Position numbers and translations under genes: made by a program
Shown: positions 7,602-17,957 of the stretch, one piece after another
Numbering within the stretch: position 1 is the first letter of the stretch
Layout of the letters: the number at the start of each line of letters is the position of its first letter
The notes under the pieces: model-generated
Databases searched by the model: none
Seen by the model: only the letters and a program-made list of their open reading frames with translations
What the model was told of the DNA's origin: nothing
From: an uncultured Actinomycetota bacterium
Lineage (GTDB): Bacteria; Actinomycetota; Actinomycetes; Propionibacteriales; Nocardioidaceae
Reading direction: 5' to 3'
Length of the DNA: 64,000 nt
Assembly (NCBI GenBank): GCA_963713255.1
Contig: CAVQLC010000002.1
Span: 99,746 to 163,745, forward strand

Positions 7602-9352
7602 TGGTGCAGGCTGCCCCCATGCACTACGTCGGGATCGACCTCGCGTGGGGGGAGAAGCAGCCCACCGGGGTGGCGGTGCTCGACGCGGACGCCCGGCTCG
7701 TCCACCTGGGCACGGTGCGCACCGACGACGAGATCGCGGCCGCGCTGGCGCCGTACGTCGAGGGCCGCTGCCTGGTCGGCATCGACGCCCCGCTGGTCGT
7801 GCGGAACGCGACCGGCTCCCGGCCGGCCGAGCAGGCGCTGAGCAAGGACTTCCGGGCGTTCGAGGCCGGCACCCACCCGTCCAACACGACCAAGGCGGAG
7901 TTCGCCGACGGTCACACCCGCGGCGCCCGGGTCGCCAAGCGGCTGGGCCTCGACATGGACCCCCGGTCGGGTCGCGAGCGCCGGGCGATCGAGGTCTACC
8001 CGCACCCGGCGATCGTGGTGCTCTTCCGCCTGGGCCGCACCCTGAAGTACAAGAACAAGCCCGGCCGCGACTTCGCCGAGCTGCGCAGCGAGCTGCTGGC
8101 GCTGATGGGCCACCTCGAGGGGGTCATCTCCCCCGACCAGGCGTGGCGGCGGCTGCGCGCCCAGGTCGAGACCGCGACCCGGAAGAGCGAGCTGCGGGTG
8201 GCCGAGGACCAGGTCGATGCCGTGGTCGCGGCGTACGTCGCCCTGTACGCCGACCGGCACCCCGAGCTCACCACCACCTACGGCGACTTCGAGACCGGCT
8301 ACATCGTGACGCCCACGCTGCCCGACGGGCATACCGCGACCCCCCGGGCCCCGCGGGCGACGCGGCCGCCCGCCGACCCGGTGACGGCGTACGCCGCCCA
8401 GCACCCGGAGCTCACCCGGGCCGCGGAGCAGTGGACCGCGCTGGTCACCTCGATCCTGGACGACGCGGGCATCAACTACCTCACCGTCACGGGGCGCGCG
8501 AAGACGATCTCGTCCTTCGCCGCCAAGGCGGCGCGCGTCGAGAACGGCGAGCCGAGCTTCACCGACCCCCTGACGGAGATCACCGACCAGATCGGCGTGC
8601 GCGTCATCACCTACGTGCACAGCGACGTGGCGGCGGTCGTCGACCTGCTCGGCGACCAGGTCGTCATCCACGACGACCGGGACATGGGCCGGGAGACCGC
8701 CAGCGAGGGCCGCTTCGGCTACGCCAGCCGGCACCTGCTGGTCGGTCTGGACGCGCCCCGCGAGCACCTGCCGGCGTACGAAGCGCTGCGGGGGCGTCGG
8801 GCGCAGGTGCAGATCCGCACCGTCCTGCAGCACGCGTGGGCGGAGTTCGAGCACGACATCCGGTACAAGGGCACCATCCCCGACGAGCACGTGCCGGACT
8901 TCGACCGGCGCTTCACCCTGGCCGCCGGGCTGCTCGAGCTCGCGGACCGCGAGTTCTCGACGATCCGGGACCGGCTCCAGGCGGGCATGACCGACCAACC
9001 GACGGCGCCCGGCGACGACGACCCGCGGATCAGCCCGCGTGAGCTGGCGGCCTTCCTGGCCGGGCAGTACTCCGACGCCGGCTGGTCGCGCACCGACCAC
9101 TACGCCTGGATCTCCGGGCTGCTGCTGGAGCTCGGCATCACGTCGCTGGACGAGCTGGGCGACGTGCTGCGGGCCCTGGACGGCGCCGACCTCACCGCCC
9201 GGATGGGCTACCGGTACCCGCCGGGCGCGGTGCGCCGCCTCGACGACGCCCTGCTCGCGGCGTACGGCGAGCGGTACGTCGGGCTGCGGGGCAACGCCCA
9301 CCGGGAACCCGCGCTGCGGGCCCGGCTGGAGAAGCTGGTCGACGGAGCCTGA
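7601..9352 (+). CDS. DUF429 (predicted RNase H-fold nuclease)-RelA/SpoT nucleotide pyrophosphokinase fusion protein
   Basis: M181 of track ORF 7061..9352; the ATG overlaps the asparaginase stop by 1 nt. N-terminal part: HYVGIDLAWGEKQPTGVAVLD...GIDAPLVVRN...EVYPHPA. C-terminal part: ITDQIGVRVITY...GRFGYASRHLLV...VQIRTVLQHAWAEFEHDIRYK, followed by an extra tail of about 130 aa. Confidence 0.75.
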   Translation: MVQAAPMHYVGIDLAWGEKQPTGVAVLDADARLVHLGTVRTDDEIAAALAPYVEGRCLVGIDAPLVVRNATGSRPAEQALSKDFRAFEAGTHPSNTTKAEFADGHTRGARVAKRLGLDMDPRSGRERRAIEVYPHPAIVVLFRLGRTLKYKNKPGRDFAELRSELLALMGHLEGVISPDQAWRRLRAQVETATRKSELRVAEDQVDAVVAAYVALYADRHPELTTTYGDFETGYIVTPTLPDGHTATPRAPRATRPPADPVTAYAAQHPELTRAAEQWTALVTSILDDAGINYLTVTGRAKTISSFAAKAARVENGEPSFTDPLTEITDQIGVRVITYVHSDVAAVVDLLGDQVVIHDDRDMGRETASEGRFGYASRHLLVGLDAPREHLPAYEALRGRRAQVQIRTVLQHAWAEFEHDIRYKGTIPDEHVPDFDRRFTLAAGLLELADREFSTIRDRLQAGMTDQPTAPGDDDPRISPRELAAFLAGQYSDAGWSRTDHYAWISGLLLELGITSLDELGDVLRALDGADLTARMGYRYPPGAVRRLDDALLAAYGERYVGLRGNAHREPALRARLEKLVDGA

Positions 9353-9356
9353 CCGG

Positions 9357-10191
9357 TCAGTGCGGCCAGACGGCGCGGACCTGCGCGGCCACCTCGCGGG
9401 ACTGGCGCAGGCCGGTGCGGGCCGCGTCGGCGCGCTTCTCGGGGTTGAGCACGTTGCGCCCGATGTCGAGGGCCGCCTGCTTGTCGGGCTTGACCACCAC
9501 CGAGCGGACCGGGCCGATCCGGCGCAGCTGCGCGGCGATCGAGGTGGCCCGGCTGAAGGCCTGCGGCAGCGGCGCCAGCACCACCACGACGTCGGCGCCG
9601 CGGGCCACGTCGACGTTGGCCGTCGACCGCATGCCACCGTCCATGAAGTGCCGACCGTGGATCGTCACCGCGGGCCAGACCAGCGGGACCGCGCAGCTCG
9701 CGGCGACGGCGTCGACGAGGTCGACGCCGCTGTTCTTGTCGAAGGTGACGAACTCGCCGGAGTCGGTGTCGACCGAGGTGATGAGCAGCTCCCGGTCGGG
9801 CCAGTCGGTGACGTCGATCCGGGACCGGATCACCTCGATCCGCTCCGTCGCCCCCGGGCGTGTGCGCCTTGGTCGACAGGCGGCCGATCCGGCGGCGCTT
9901 GCGGGTGGGCGCGCCGGGCACCAGCAGCGGCGGCAGCAGGCGGGCCAGGTCGTTGCGGCCCATGGTGGAGCCGATCTCGTGGTCGGGGGGCTCGAGCTGG
10001 AGGTCGTAGAGGTCGGCGAGATCGAGGCCCGAGGTGATCTGGGCGCCGACGACGGAGCCGGCCGAGGTCCCGACGACCCGGTCGGCGTCGGTGAGCTTCA
10101 GGCCCTGCTCCGCCAGCCCCTGGAGGATGCCGAGCTCCCAGGCGATGCCGGTGATCCCGCCGCCGCCGAGCACGAGTGCCGTACGTGTCAT
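9357..10191 (-). pseudogene. patatin-like phospholipase; one frameshift near 9835-9850 as assembled
   Basis: Track ORFs 9208..10191 (MTRTALVLGGGGITGIAWELG...GTSAGSVVG) and 9357..9833 (...HFMDGGMRSTANVD) join into one patatin fold, with GGGxxG, GxSxG and DGG motifs. Confidence 0.75.
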
Positions 10192-10292
10192 GGCGCGACC
10201 CTAGGCGGTCGGAGCAAGCGCCGCGCACCCGTGTGAGCCGACTCACGGGGCCTCAGCTTGCAAATGCTTGCTCTTGCTAGCAGGGTGGAGGC

Positions 10293-10679
10293 ATGGCCAG
10301 GAGCAAGGTCGGGCAGACCGTCGAGTCGCTCGGCGAGTACCTCAAGGAGCAGCGGGTCTCGGCCCGCCTCTCCCTGCGGCAGCTCTCCGAGCAGGCCGGC
10401 GTCTCGAACCCGTACCTCAGCCAGATCGAGCGTGGTCTGCGCAAGCCCTCGGCCGACGTCCTGCAGCAGATCGCCAAGGCGCTGCGCATCTCGGCGGAGC
10501 AGCTCTACATCCGCGCCGGCATCCTCAGCCCCGAGGACCTGCAGGCCGGCTCGGAGCGGTCCGTGGAGCTCGCGGTGCTCGCGGACTCGGGGCTCACCGA
10601 GCGGCAGAAGCAGTCCCTGCTCGACGTCTACGCGTCCTTTCTCGCCCTCAACGGGCCCGTCGAGGACGACGACCGCTGA
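10293..10679 (+). CDS. XRE-family helix-turn-helix transcriptional regulator
   Basis: Intact 128-aa ORF with GGAGG before the ATG. HTH region: LSLRQLSEQAGVSNPYLSQIERGLRKPSADVLQQIAKAL. Confidence 0.85.
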   Translation: MARSKVGQTVESLGEYLKEQRVSARLSLRQLSEQAGVSNPYLSQIERGLRKPSADVLQQIAKALRISAEQLYIRAGILSPEDLQAGSERSVELAVLADSGLTERQKQSLLDVYASFLALNGPVEDDDR

Positions 10680-10729
10680 CCCGGGCACCCGGCACCCGCC
10701 GGACGCCCACCCCACCGATAGGAGAAGTC

Positions 10730-11338
10730 GTGGCTACCAAGTCCCGCACCAAGATCGACCTCAAGACCGTGCAGACCCCCTTCTACGCGACCGTCGGCGT
10801 GACCGACCTCGCCGTCGAGGCCGTGCGTGAGTACGTCGCCGACGTGCAGACCCGCGTCCGTGGCTACCAGAAGGACGTCCAGAAGACCGTCGCCAAGGTC
10901 GACCTCCAGCCCAAGGTGCTGCGCGACCAGGCCGTCACGGTCCTCTCGGCCCGCGTCGACGCCCTCACCGCGCTGTCCGGCGACGCCAAGGCCGTCCCGG
11001 CCAAGGTGCAGACGCTCGTCGACGAGAACGTCGCCGTGCTGAACGACACCTACGGTGACCTGGTCAAGCGCGGCGAGAGCCTCGTCGGCCGGATCCGCCG
11101 TCAGCAGTCGACCCAGCAGACCGTGAAGTCCGCCGAGACCACCGTGTCGAAGGCCAAGACCACGAAGACGCAGGCCACCAAGGCGACCAAGACCACGGCC
11201 AAGAAGGCCACCACCACGGCCAAGAAGCAGAGCGCCTCGTCCAAGAGCAGCGCCAAGGCCACCGTCACCGCGGCCAAGAAGACCGCGTCCTCGGCCACCC
11301 AGGCCGTCGCCGACGCGGCCGAGAAGGTCGGCGACTGA
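10730..11338 (+). CDS. HbhA-like (heparin-binding hemagglutinin-like) coiled-coil protein with Lys/Ala/Thr-rich C-terminal tail
   Basis: GTG (V155 of track ORF 10268..11338) with AGGAGA upstream. Starts VATKSRTKIDLKTVQTPFYATVGVTDLAVEAVREYV. Tail is KAKTTKTQATKATKTTAKKATTTAKKQSASSKSSAKATVTAAKK. It sits between an XRE regulator and DUF2516, as I recall for mycobacterial Rv0474-Rv0476. Confidence 0.6.
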   Translation: MATKSRTKIDLKTVQTPFYATVGVTDLAVEAVREYVADVQTRVRGYQKDVQKTVAKVDLQPKVLRDQAVTVLSARVDALTALSGDAKAVPAKVQTLVDENVAVLNDTYGDLVKRGESLVGRIRRQQSTQQTVKSAETTVSKAKTTKTQATKATKTTAKKATTTAKKQSASSKSSAKATVTAAKKTASSATQAVADAAEKVGD

Positions 11339-11351
11339 CCGTCCCCGCGTC

Positions 11352-11386
11352 GAGACCCCCCGGACCCCCGTGGTCCGGGGGGTCTC
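11352..11386 (+). terminator. perfect 15-bp stem / 5-nt loop hairpin after the HbhA-like gene
   Basis: GAGACCCCCCGGACC-cccgt-GGTCCGGGGGGTCTC, 14 nt after the stop. No T-tract, which is common in actinobacteria. Confidence 0.5.
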
Positions 11387-11430
11387 GTGCGTCCGGGGCC
11401 GGCGTCGGACCCATCACCTACGATGTCTGC

Positions 11431-11718
11431 GTGACCACGTTCGCCGTCGAGGGCTGGATCTCCATCGCGATCCTGTTCGTGCTGCTCGCGGTGAAGGGCT
11501 TCGCCTTCGTCAGCTCGCTGACGTTCTCCGCCGAGGCCTACTCGGCCGGGGACAAGCTCTCCAAGACCGCCTGGGTGGCGATCCTGGGGCTCGGGCTGGC
11601 CGCTCAGCTGCTGCTGTTCACCTCGCCGCTGAGCCTGATCCACCTGGCCTTCACGATCGCCGCTTTCGTGTACCTCGCCGATGTCCGGCCTGCTCTCGCG
11701 GCGCTGACTCGTCGCTGA
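11431..11718 (+). CDS. DUF2516-family small membrane protein
   Basis: Intact 95-aa ORF with three hydrophobic helices: WISIAILFVLLAVKGFAFV, AWVAILGLGLAAQLLLF, IHLAFTIAAFVYLADV. Confidence 0.7.
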   Translation: MTTFAVEGWISIAILFVLLAVKGFAFVSSLTFSAEAYSAGDKLSKTAWVAILGLGLAAQLLLFTSPLSLIHLAFTIAAFVYLADVRPALAALTRR

Positions 11719-13093
11719 CGGGCGGCGCGTCGCTCTCGTAGCCGTACCCGTAGCCGTAGCCCGTAGCCCTGGCCGGACTTCTTCGCCGGTGCCTGGTTGA
11801 TCACGACGCCGAGCGTCTTGGCGTCGACGGCGGAGAGCCGCTCGAGGGAGTGCGTGAGCTGGTCGGACGTGGTCTGGCCGTGCCGGACCACCACGAGCGC
11901 GCCGTCGGCCTCGGCGCCAGGAGGGCGGCGTCGGTGACGGGCAGCAGGGGAGGAGCGTCGAGGACGACGACGTCGAAGCGCTCGCGCAGGTCCGACGAGC
12001 AGCTTCTCCATGGCGGTCGACTGGAGCAGCTCGGAGGGGTTCGGCGGCACGTGCCCGCAGACGAGCACGTTCAACCCGGTGCCTCCGTAGACCTGCAGGG
12101 CGTCATCGATGCTCAGCCGTGCCGATCAGGACGGACGTGGTGCCGATGCTGCCGTCGAGGCCGAGCCGCTTGCCGAGCTGGGGGCGGCGCAGGTCGCACT
12201 CGACGAGGACCACCCGCCGCTTGGCGAGCGCGAGCGCGAGCGCGAGATTGGCGGCGACGGTCGACTTGCCCTCCCCGGGAAGGGAGCTGCTGACCACGAA
12301 GACCAGCTTGTCGGTGTCGACCTCGACGTACTGCATGTTGGTGCGCAGCACCCGGAACGCCTCGGCCCAGGGACGCGTCCCGTTGAGGGCCTCCTGCGGC
12401 GAGGCTTCCGGGCCGCTTCGGCGTCGAAGAAGATGTTGCCGAGGATCGGCGCCGGGGTGATCTCGGCCGATGTCCTCGACTGGACGAGATCCGGGTGTCG
12501 AGCCGGTGCCGCAGGACGGCCAGGCCGAGACCCGAGGAGCAGGCCCGAGGATGCGCGGCCGAGAGCGAGGTTGCGACGGGTTGCGGCGAGACCGGCGTCG
12601 TCGACACCTGCGCGTCGTCGACGATGGTGGCCTTGATCGAGCGCGTCCCGATCACCGGCCGGGGGCTCGAGATCCACGACGAGCTCGCTCAGGCCCTCGG
12701 CGTAGGCCTGGGCCATGACGCGGGCCTGCTCGGGGTCCGGCGCCGTGGCGGTGATCTCGAGGATGACGGTGTCCGGGACCACGCTGGCCGTGACGCTGCC
12801 GCTCGGGTCGACACCGTCTGCTCTCCAGGGACTCAGATGACCCGCTCCCGCGAGCTGGGTGGACTGCGATCAGGTCGGCGTACGACGCCGCCCGCATGGA
12901 GGCGAAGAGCTCGCCGGTGTAGGCGGCGCTGCTGCCCGACGAGCTGGTCGAGATGAAGAGTCGAGCCGTCGACGAGTACAGCGGGGTCGCGGTCCAGGTG
13001 AGCGCCGCGGCGACAGCCACCACGACGGCGAGGCTCGCCACGATGATCCGCCAGCGTCGCCGCAGGACGATCCGCGTAATCCTTCAGCTCCAC
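11653..13093 (-). pseudogene. polysaccharide co-polymerase / BY-type tyrosine autokinase (Wzc-like); many frameshifts, 3' end uncertain
   Basis: GTG 13093 gives VELKDY. A shifted frame continues RIVLRRRWRIIVASLAVVVAVAAALTWTATPLYSS. Walker A is SSSLPGEGKSTVAANLALALA (track 12103..12351), followed by VPPNPSELLQS. The Tyr cluster GYGYGYGY is encoded by the GTAGCC repeat at 11738-11769. Confidence 0.7.
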
Positions 13094-13281
13094 CCGACAT
13101 CTGACTCCCGGGAGTCCGTCCGGAAGCGGCGTAACCCTAACCGCAGGTTCCTCGTCGGCTGCATCGTGGACACATTCGCTCGGGTGAAGCGGATCCGAGC
13201 TGCGGCACGTATGGTGTCGGCTCGCGGGGGAGTCCATCGCGGGCGCACGAACAGAGAGAAGATCTTGGGGTTCACGGACTT

Positions 13282-15120
13282 GTGCAGCGCGGGATCTCCA
13301 CGCTGCGGCGACGCCGCACGCGCCTCCTCATCACGTTCGACGTGCTGGTGTGGATGGGTGGCGGGTGCTCGGTCGCGGCGCTGCTGCGTTATCCCGAGCT
13401 GAGGTCAGCCCTCCGTGGGGCTCGGTGCTCGTCATGGCCGCCTGGCATGGGCGTGCTCTACATCGGCCTCGGCATGCTGATCAGGCTGCACGAGGGCCGG
13501 GCTCGCACCGCCAGCTTCGACGAGATGCTGCTGCTCGGGTCGGTCGCCCGCGCTCGCGGTGCGTGGTCTTCGTCGTCCAACCTCTTCAGCACGTACGTGG
13601 CCCGCAGCCTGCCCGCCATCACGACCTTGTGCTTCGTCGTGCTGGCGCCTGTGGCGGGCGGGCTCTGTGGCGGCGGCTGGTGGAGCGAGACGCTCGCTGG
13701 CGGCCGTGCAGCCCGCTCGGACGCGTCGGACGTGCTCCTGGTCGGGGCCGGTGAGGCGGCCCGGGAGCTGATCAGCTCCATGCTGAGGGACCCGAGCACG
13801 ACGTGGCGACCCGTCGGGCATGCTCGACGACGACCCGCGCAAGCAGCATCTCCGGGTGCGCGGCGTGCCGGTGCTCGGCCCGATCGCGCGACCTCGCGGC
13901 CCAGGTCGGGCGGACCGCAGGTCGACAGGGTCGTCCTCGCCATCCCGAGCGCCGGCAACGAGGTGGTCCGCGAGGTCACCCGCATGGCGGCCGCTGCCAA
14001 GGTCGACCTCAAGGTGCTGCCCGCGGTCGACCGAGCTCCTCACCGAGCACGTGGGCATCCGCGACATCCGCGACCTCAACCTCACGGACCTGCTCGGCCG
14101 CAACCAGCTCGACACCGACATCGAGGCCATCGCCGGCTACGTGACGGGCAAGCGGGTCCTGGTCACCGGCGCGGGGGGTCGATCGGGTCCGAGCTCTGCC
14201 GCAGATCGATCGGTTCGCGCCCGCCGAGCTCATCATGCTCGATCGCGACGAGTCCGCCCTGCACGCGGTGCAGCTGTCCTTCCGCGGCCGGGCGATGCTG
14301 GACTCGGACGACGTCGTCCTCTGCGACATCCGGGACGCGCAGCCCCTGACGCAGATCTTCCGGAGGCGTCGGCCCGACGTCGTCTTCCACGCTGCGGCCC
14401 TCAAGCACCTCCCGATGCTGGAGCAGTACCCCGCCGAGGCGGTCAAGACCAACGTCATCGGCACCCGCAACGTCCTCGACGCGGCTCGCGCCGCCGGCGT
14501 CCGCCGCTTCGTCAACATCTCCACCGACAAGGCCGCCAACCCGGAGAGCGTGCTCGGCTACTCCAAGCGCGTGGCTGAACGCATCACGGCGACCTACGCC
14601 GAAGACGCAGACGACGCGGTCTACGTCTCCGTGCGCTTCGGGAACGTCCTGGGCAGCCGCGGGTCGGTGTTGACGGCGTTCGCCGACCAGATCGCCCGCG
14701 GCGGGCCGGTGACGGTGACGCACCGATGTCACCCGCTACTTCATGACGATCGAGGAAGCGTGCCAGCTCGTGGTCCAGGCGGGAGCGATCGGCGAGCCCG
14801 GTCAGGCCCTGGTGCTCGACATGGGGGAGGCGGTGCGGATCGTGGACGTCGCGCACCAGCTGATCGACCTGGCCGGCCGCGAGATCGACGTCGAGTTCAC
14901 CGGCCTTCGCGAGGGAGAGAAGCTGCACGAGGACCTGTTCGGTGACGGCGAGCCGCACGACATCAGGCCCGACCATCCCCTGATCTCGCACGTGCCAGTG
15001 CCACCGGTTCCACGGGCCGAGGTCTCGGCCCTGTCCACCCGGGCAGCAACCCGGAGATCATCGCCGGCCTGGCCGCCCTGTGCTTCGACGAAACCCAGCG
15101 GCGTGACCCGCGCGGGTTAG
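13282..15120 (+). pseudogene. membrane-anchored CapD/WbpM/PglF-like NDP-sugar 4,6-dehydratase; at least 5 frameshifts as assembled
   Basis: Joined frames read VLLVGAGEAARELISSMLRD, MLDDDPRKQHLRVRGVPVLG, VLAIPSAGNEVVREV, KRVLVTGAGGSIGSELCRQI, VVFHAAALKHLPMLEQYPAEAVKTNVIGT, FVNISTDKAANPESVLGYSKR, RFGNVLGSRGSV and [16 protein letters not shown]. Confidence 0.75.
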
Positions 15121-15121
15121 C

Positions 15122-15538
15122 GTGGTGGACGTGACTGGGGGAGACAACGCGCGTGCCGCCGACACCACGGGCGACCACGAGGAGCGTCCGTGGGGGTCCT
15201 GGCACGTCGTCGAGCAGGGCGACGGCTACAAGGTGAAGCGGATCGTCGTGACTCCGCACCACCGGCTGTCCTACCAGACCCACGAGCACCGTTCCGAGCA
15301 CTGGGTCGTGGTGCGCGGCACCGCCACCTGCCTGATCGAGGGCGAGTCCGTGGTCGTGCGGGCGGGTGAGTCCGTCGACGTCGGGGTCAAGCACGCCCAC
15401 CGGATCGCCAACGAGCACGACGACGAGCTGGTGATCATCGAGGTGCAGCGCGGGCCCTACCTGGGCGAGGACGACATCGTCCGGCTCCAGGACGACTACG
15501 GTCGCGAAGAGGCCGGCTCGGAGAGCCGTCGGCGCTAG
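15122..15538 (+). CDS. cupin-domain protein resembling the C-terminal mannose-6-phosphate isomerase domain of type II PMI/GMP enzymes
   Basis: Intact 138-aa ORF: RPWGSWHVVEQGDGYKVKRIVVTPHHRLSYQTHEHRSEHWVVVRGTA...HRIANEHDDELVIIEVQRGPYLGEDDIVRLQDDYGR. Confidence 0.7.
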   Translation: MVDVTGGDNARAADTTGDHEERPWGSWHVVEQGDGYKVKRIVVTPHHRLSYQTHEHRSEHWVVVRGTATCLIEGESVVVRAGESVDVGVKHAHRIANEHDDELVIIEVQRGPYLGEDDIVRLQDDYGREEAGSESRRR

Positions 15539-16934
15539 TCGGCCGCGCAGTAGCGCTCGAGGGCCGTCCGCGCGTCCTCGGGCTCGAAGCCGGTGGCCTC
15601 GATCTTGGCCAGCGACATCATGCTCCGCCGCGGGCGGGGCGCCATCTCCTTGCCGGCGCCGTACGCCTCGGTCGTCGTCGGCGTGACGTCGTCCGGGTCG
15701 CGGCCCGACAGCGCGAAGACCGCCTTGGCCAGGTCGGCCCACGACGTCGCCGGCCCGCCGTTGCTGATGTTGTAGGTGCCGTACGCCGCTCCCGTGTCGA
15801 CCAGGTGCCGGGTGGCCCGGGAGAGCTCGGAGGCGAACGTGAGCCGGCCGACCTGGTCGTCGACGACGCTCGGCGAGACCCCCTTCTCGGCCAGCGAGCG
15901 CATGGTGCGGACGAAGTTGTGGCCGTCCCCGATCACCCAGGAGGTGCGCAGCAGGTAGTGCCGGGGCGTGGTGCCGACGGCGATGTCGCCCGCGGCCTTG
16001 GACTGGGCGTAGACCCCGAGCGGCGACAGCGGCTCGTCCTCGGTGTGCTCGTCGGCGGTGCCGTCGAAGACGTACTCCGAGGAGTAGTGCACCAGCGTGA
16101 GGTGGTGGTCGCGCGCGACCCGGGCCAGCACGGCGGGCGCGGACGCGTTGGCCGCCCAGGAGGCGACCCGTCCCGGACCCGTCTCGGCGGCGTCCACCGC
16201 GGTGTAGGCGGCGGCGTTCAGGACGAGGGCGTACTCGTGCCACGGCCAGGCGGCCACCGCCGCGGGATCGGTGACGTCGAGCGCGGTCACGCCCTCGCCG
16301 GCGAACAGGTCGACGAGGTCGGCGCCGGGGAAGTCGCGCTGCAGCGCCCGACCGAGCTGGCCGAGGGCCCCGATGATCAGCGTCCTCTTCGGCGCCATCG
16401 GGGTGACGTCGGCCAGGCGCGGGGTGGCGAGGTCCTTCTCGGAGATCTCCGAGTCGGCCAGCGGGATCGGCCAGGCGATGGCCACGGTCTCGTCGGCGAG
16501 GTTCAGCGCCGGGTAGGCGACGCCGGGACGCCAGTGCTCGTTGACGAGGTAGGTGTAGGCCGTGCCGTCCTCGAGCGTCTGGTAGCTGTTGCCGACCCCG
16601 CGGGGCACGAAGACCGCGACCGACGGGTCGATCTCGATGGTGAACGTGGTGCCGAAGGAGTCGCCCTCACGCATGTCCACCCAGGCCCCGAACACCCGGC
16701 CGGTGGCCAGCGTGACGAACTTGTCCCACGGCTCGGTGTGGATGCCGCGGGTGGCGCCCCGGGCGGTGTTGAACGAGACGTTGTTCTGCACCGGGCCGAA
16801 GTCGGGCAGCCCGAGGGCGACCATCTTCTCCCGCTGCCAGTTCTCCTTGAACCAGCCCCGGGCGTCCTCGCGGACGTCGAGCCGCAGCACGACGAGGCCG
16901 GGGATCGGCGTGGTCTCCAGCGACGGTGCCGCCA

Positions 16935-16935
<1 letters not shown>
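15535..16935 (-). CDS. rmlCD: bifunctional dTDP-4-dehydrorhamnose 3,5-epimerase / dTDP-4-dehydrorhamnose reductase
   Basis: M27 of track ORF 15535..17013; the start overlaps the rmlB stop. N-terminal RmlC part: IPGLVVLRLDVREDARGWFKENW...NVSFNTARGATRGIHTEPWDK. C-terminal RmlD part: LIIGALGQLGRAL...HYSSEYVFDG...PLGVYAQSKAAGD. Confidence 0.85.
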
Positions 16936-17943
<1,008 letters not shown>

Positions 17944-17957
17944 CTAAGGTGGGGCGC

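Noticed and set aside
7391-9637. 748-aa minus-strand ORF
   Set aside because: It is antisense to the DUF429-RelA/SpoT gene, which has strong motifs on the plus strand. The composition is low-complexity Arg/Gly/Val/Pro.
11738-11769. Tandem GTAGCC repeat considered as a non-coding microsatellite or CRISPR-like repeat
   Set aside because: It is the coding sequence of the (Tyr-Gly)n tail of the BY-kinase on the minus strand. It is not an intergenic repeat array. It is reported only for its frameshift.
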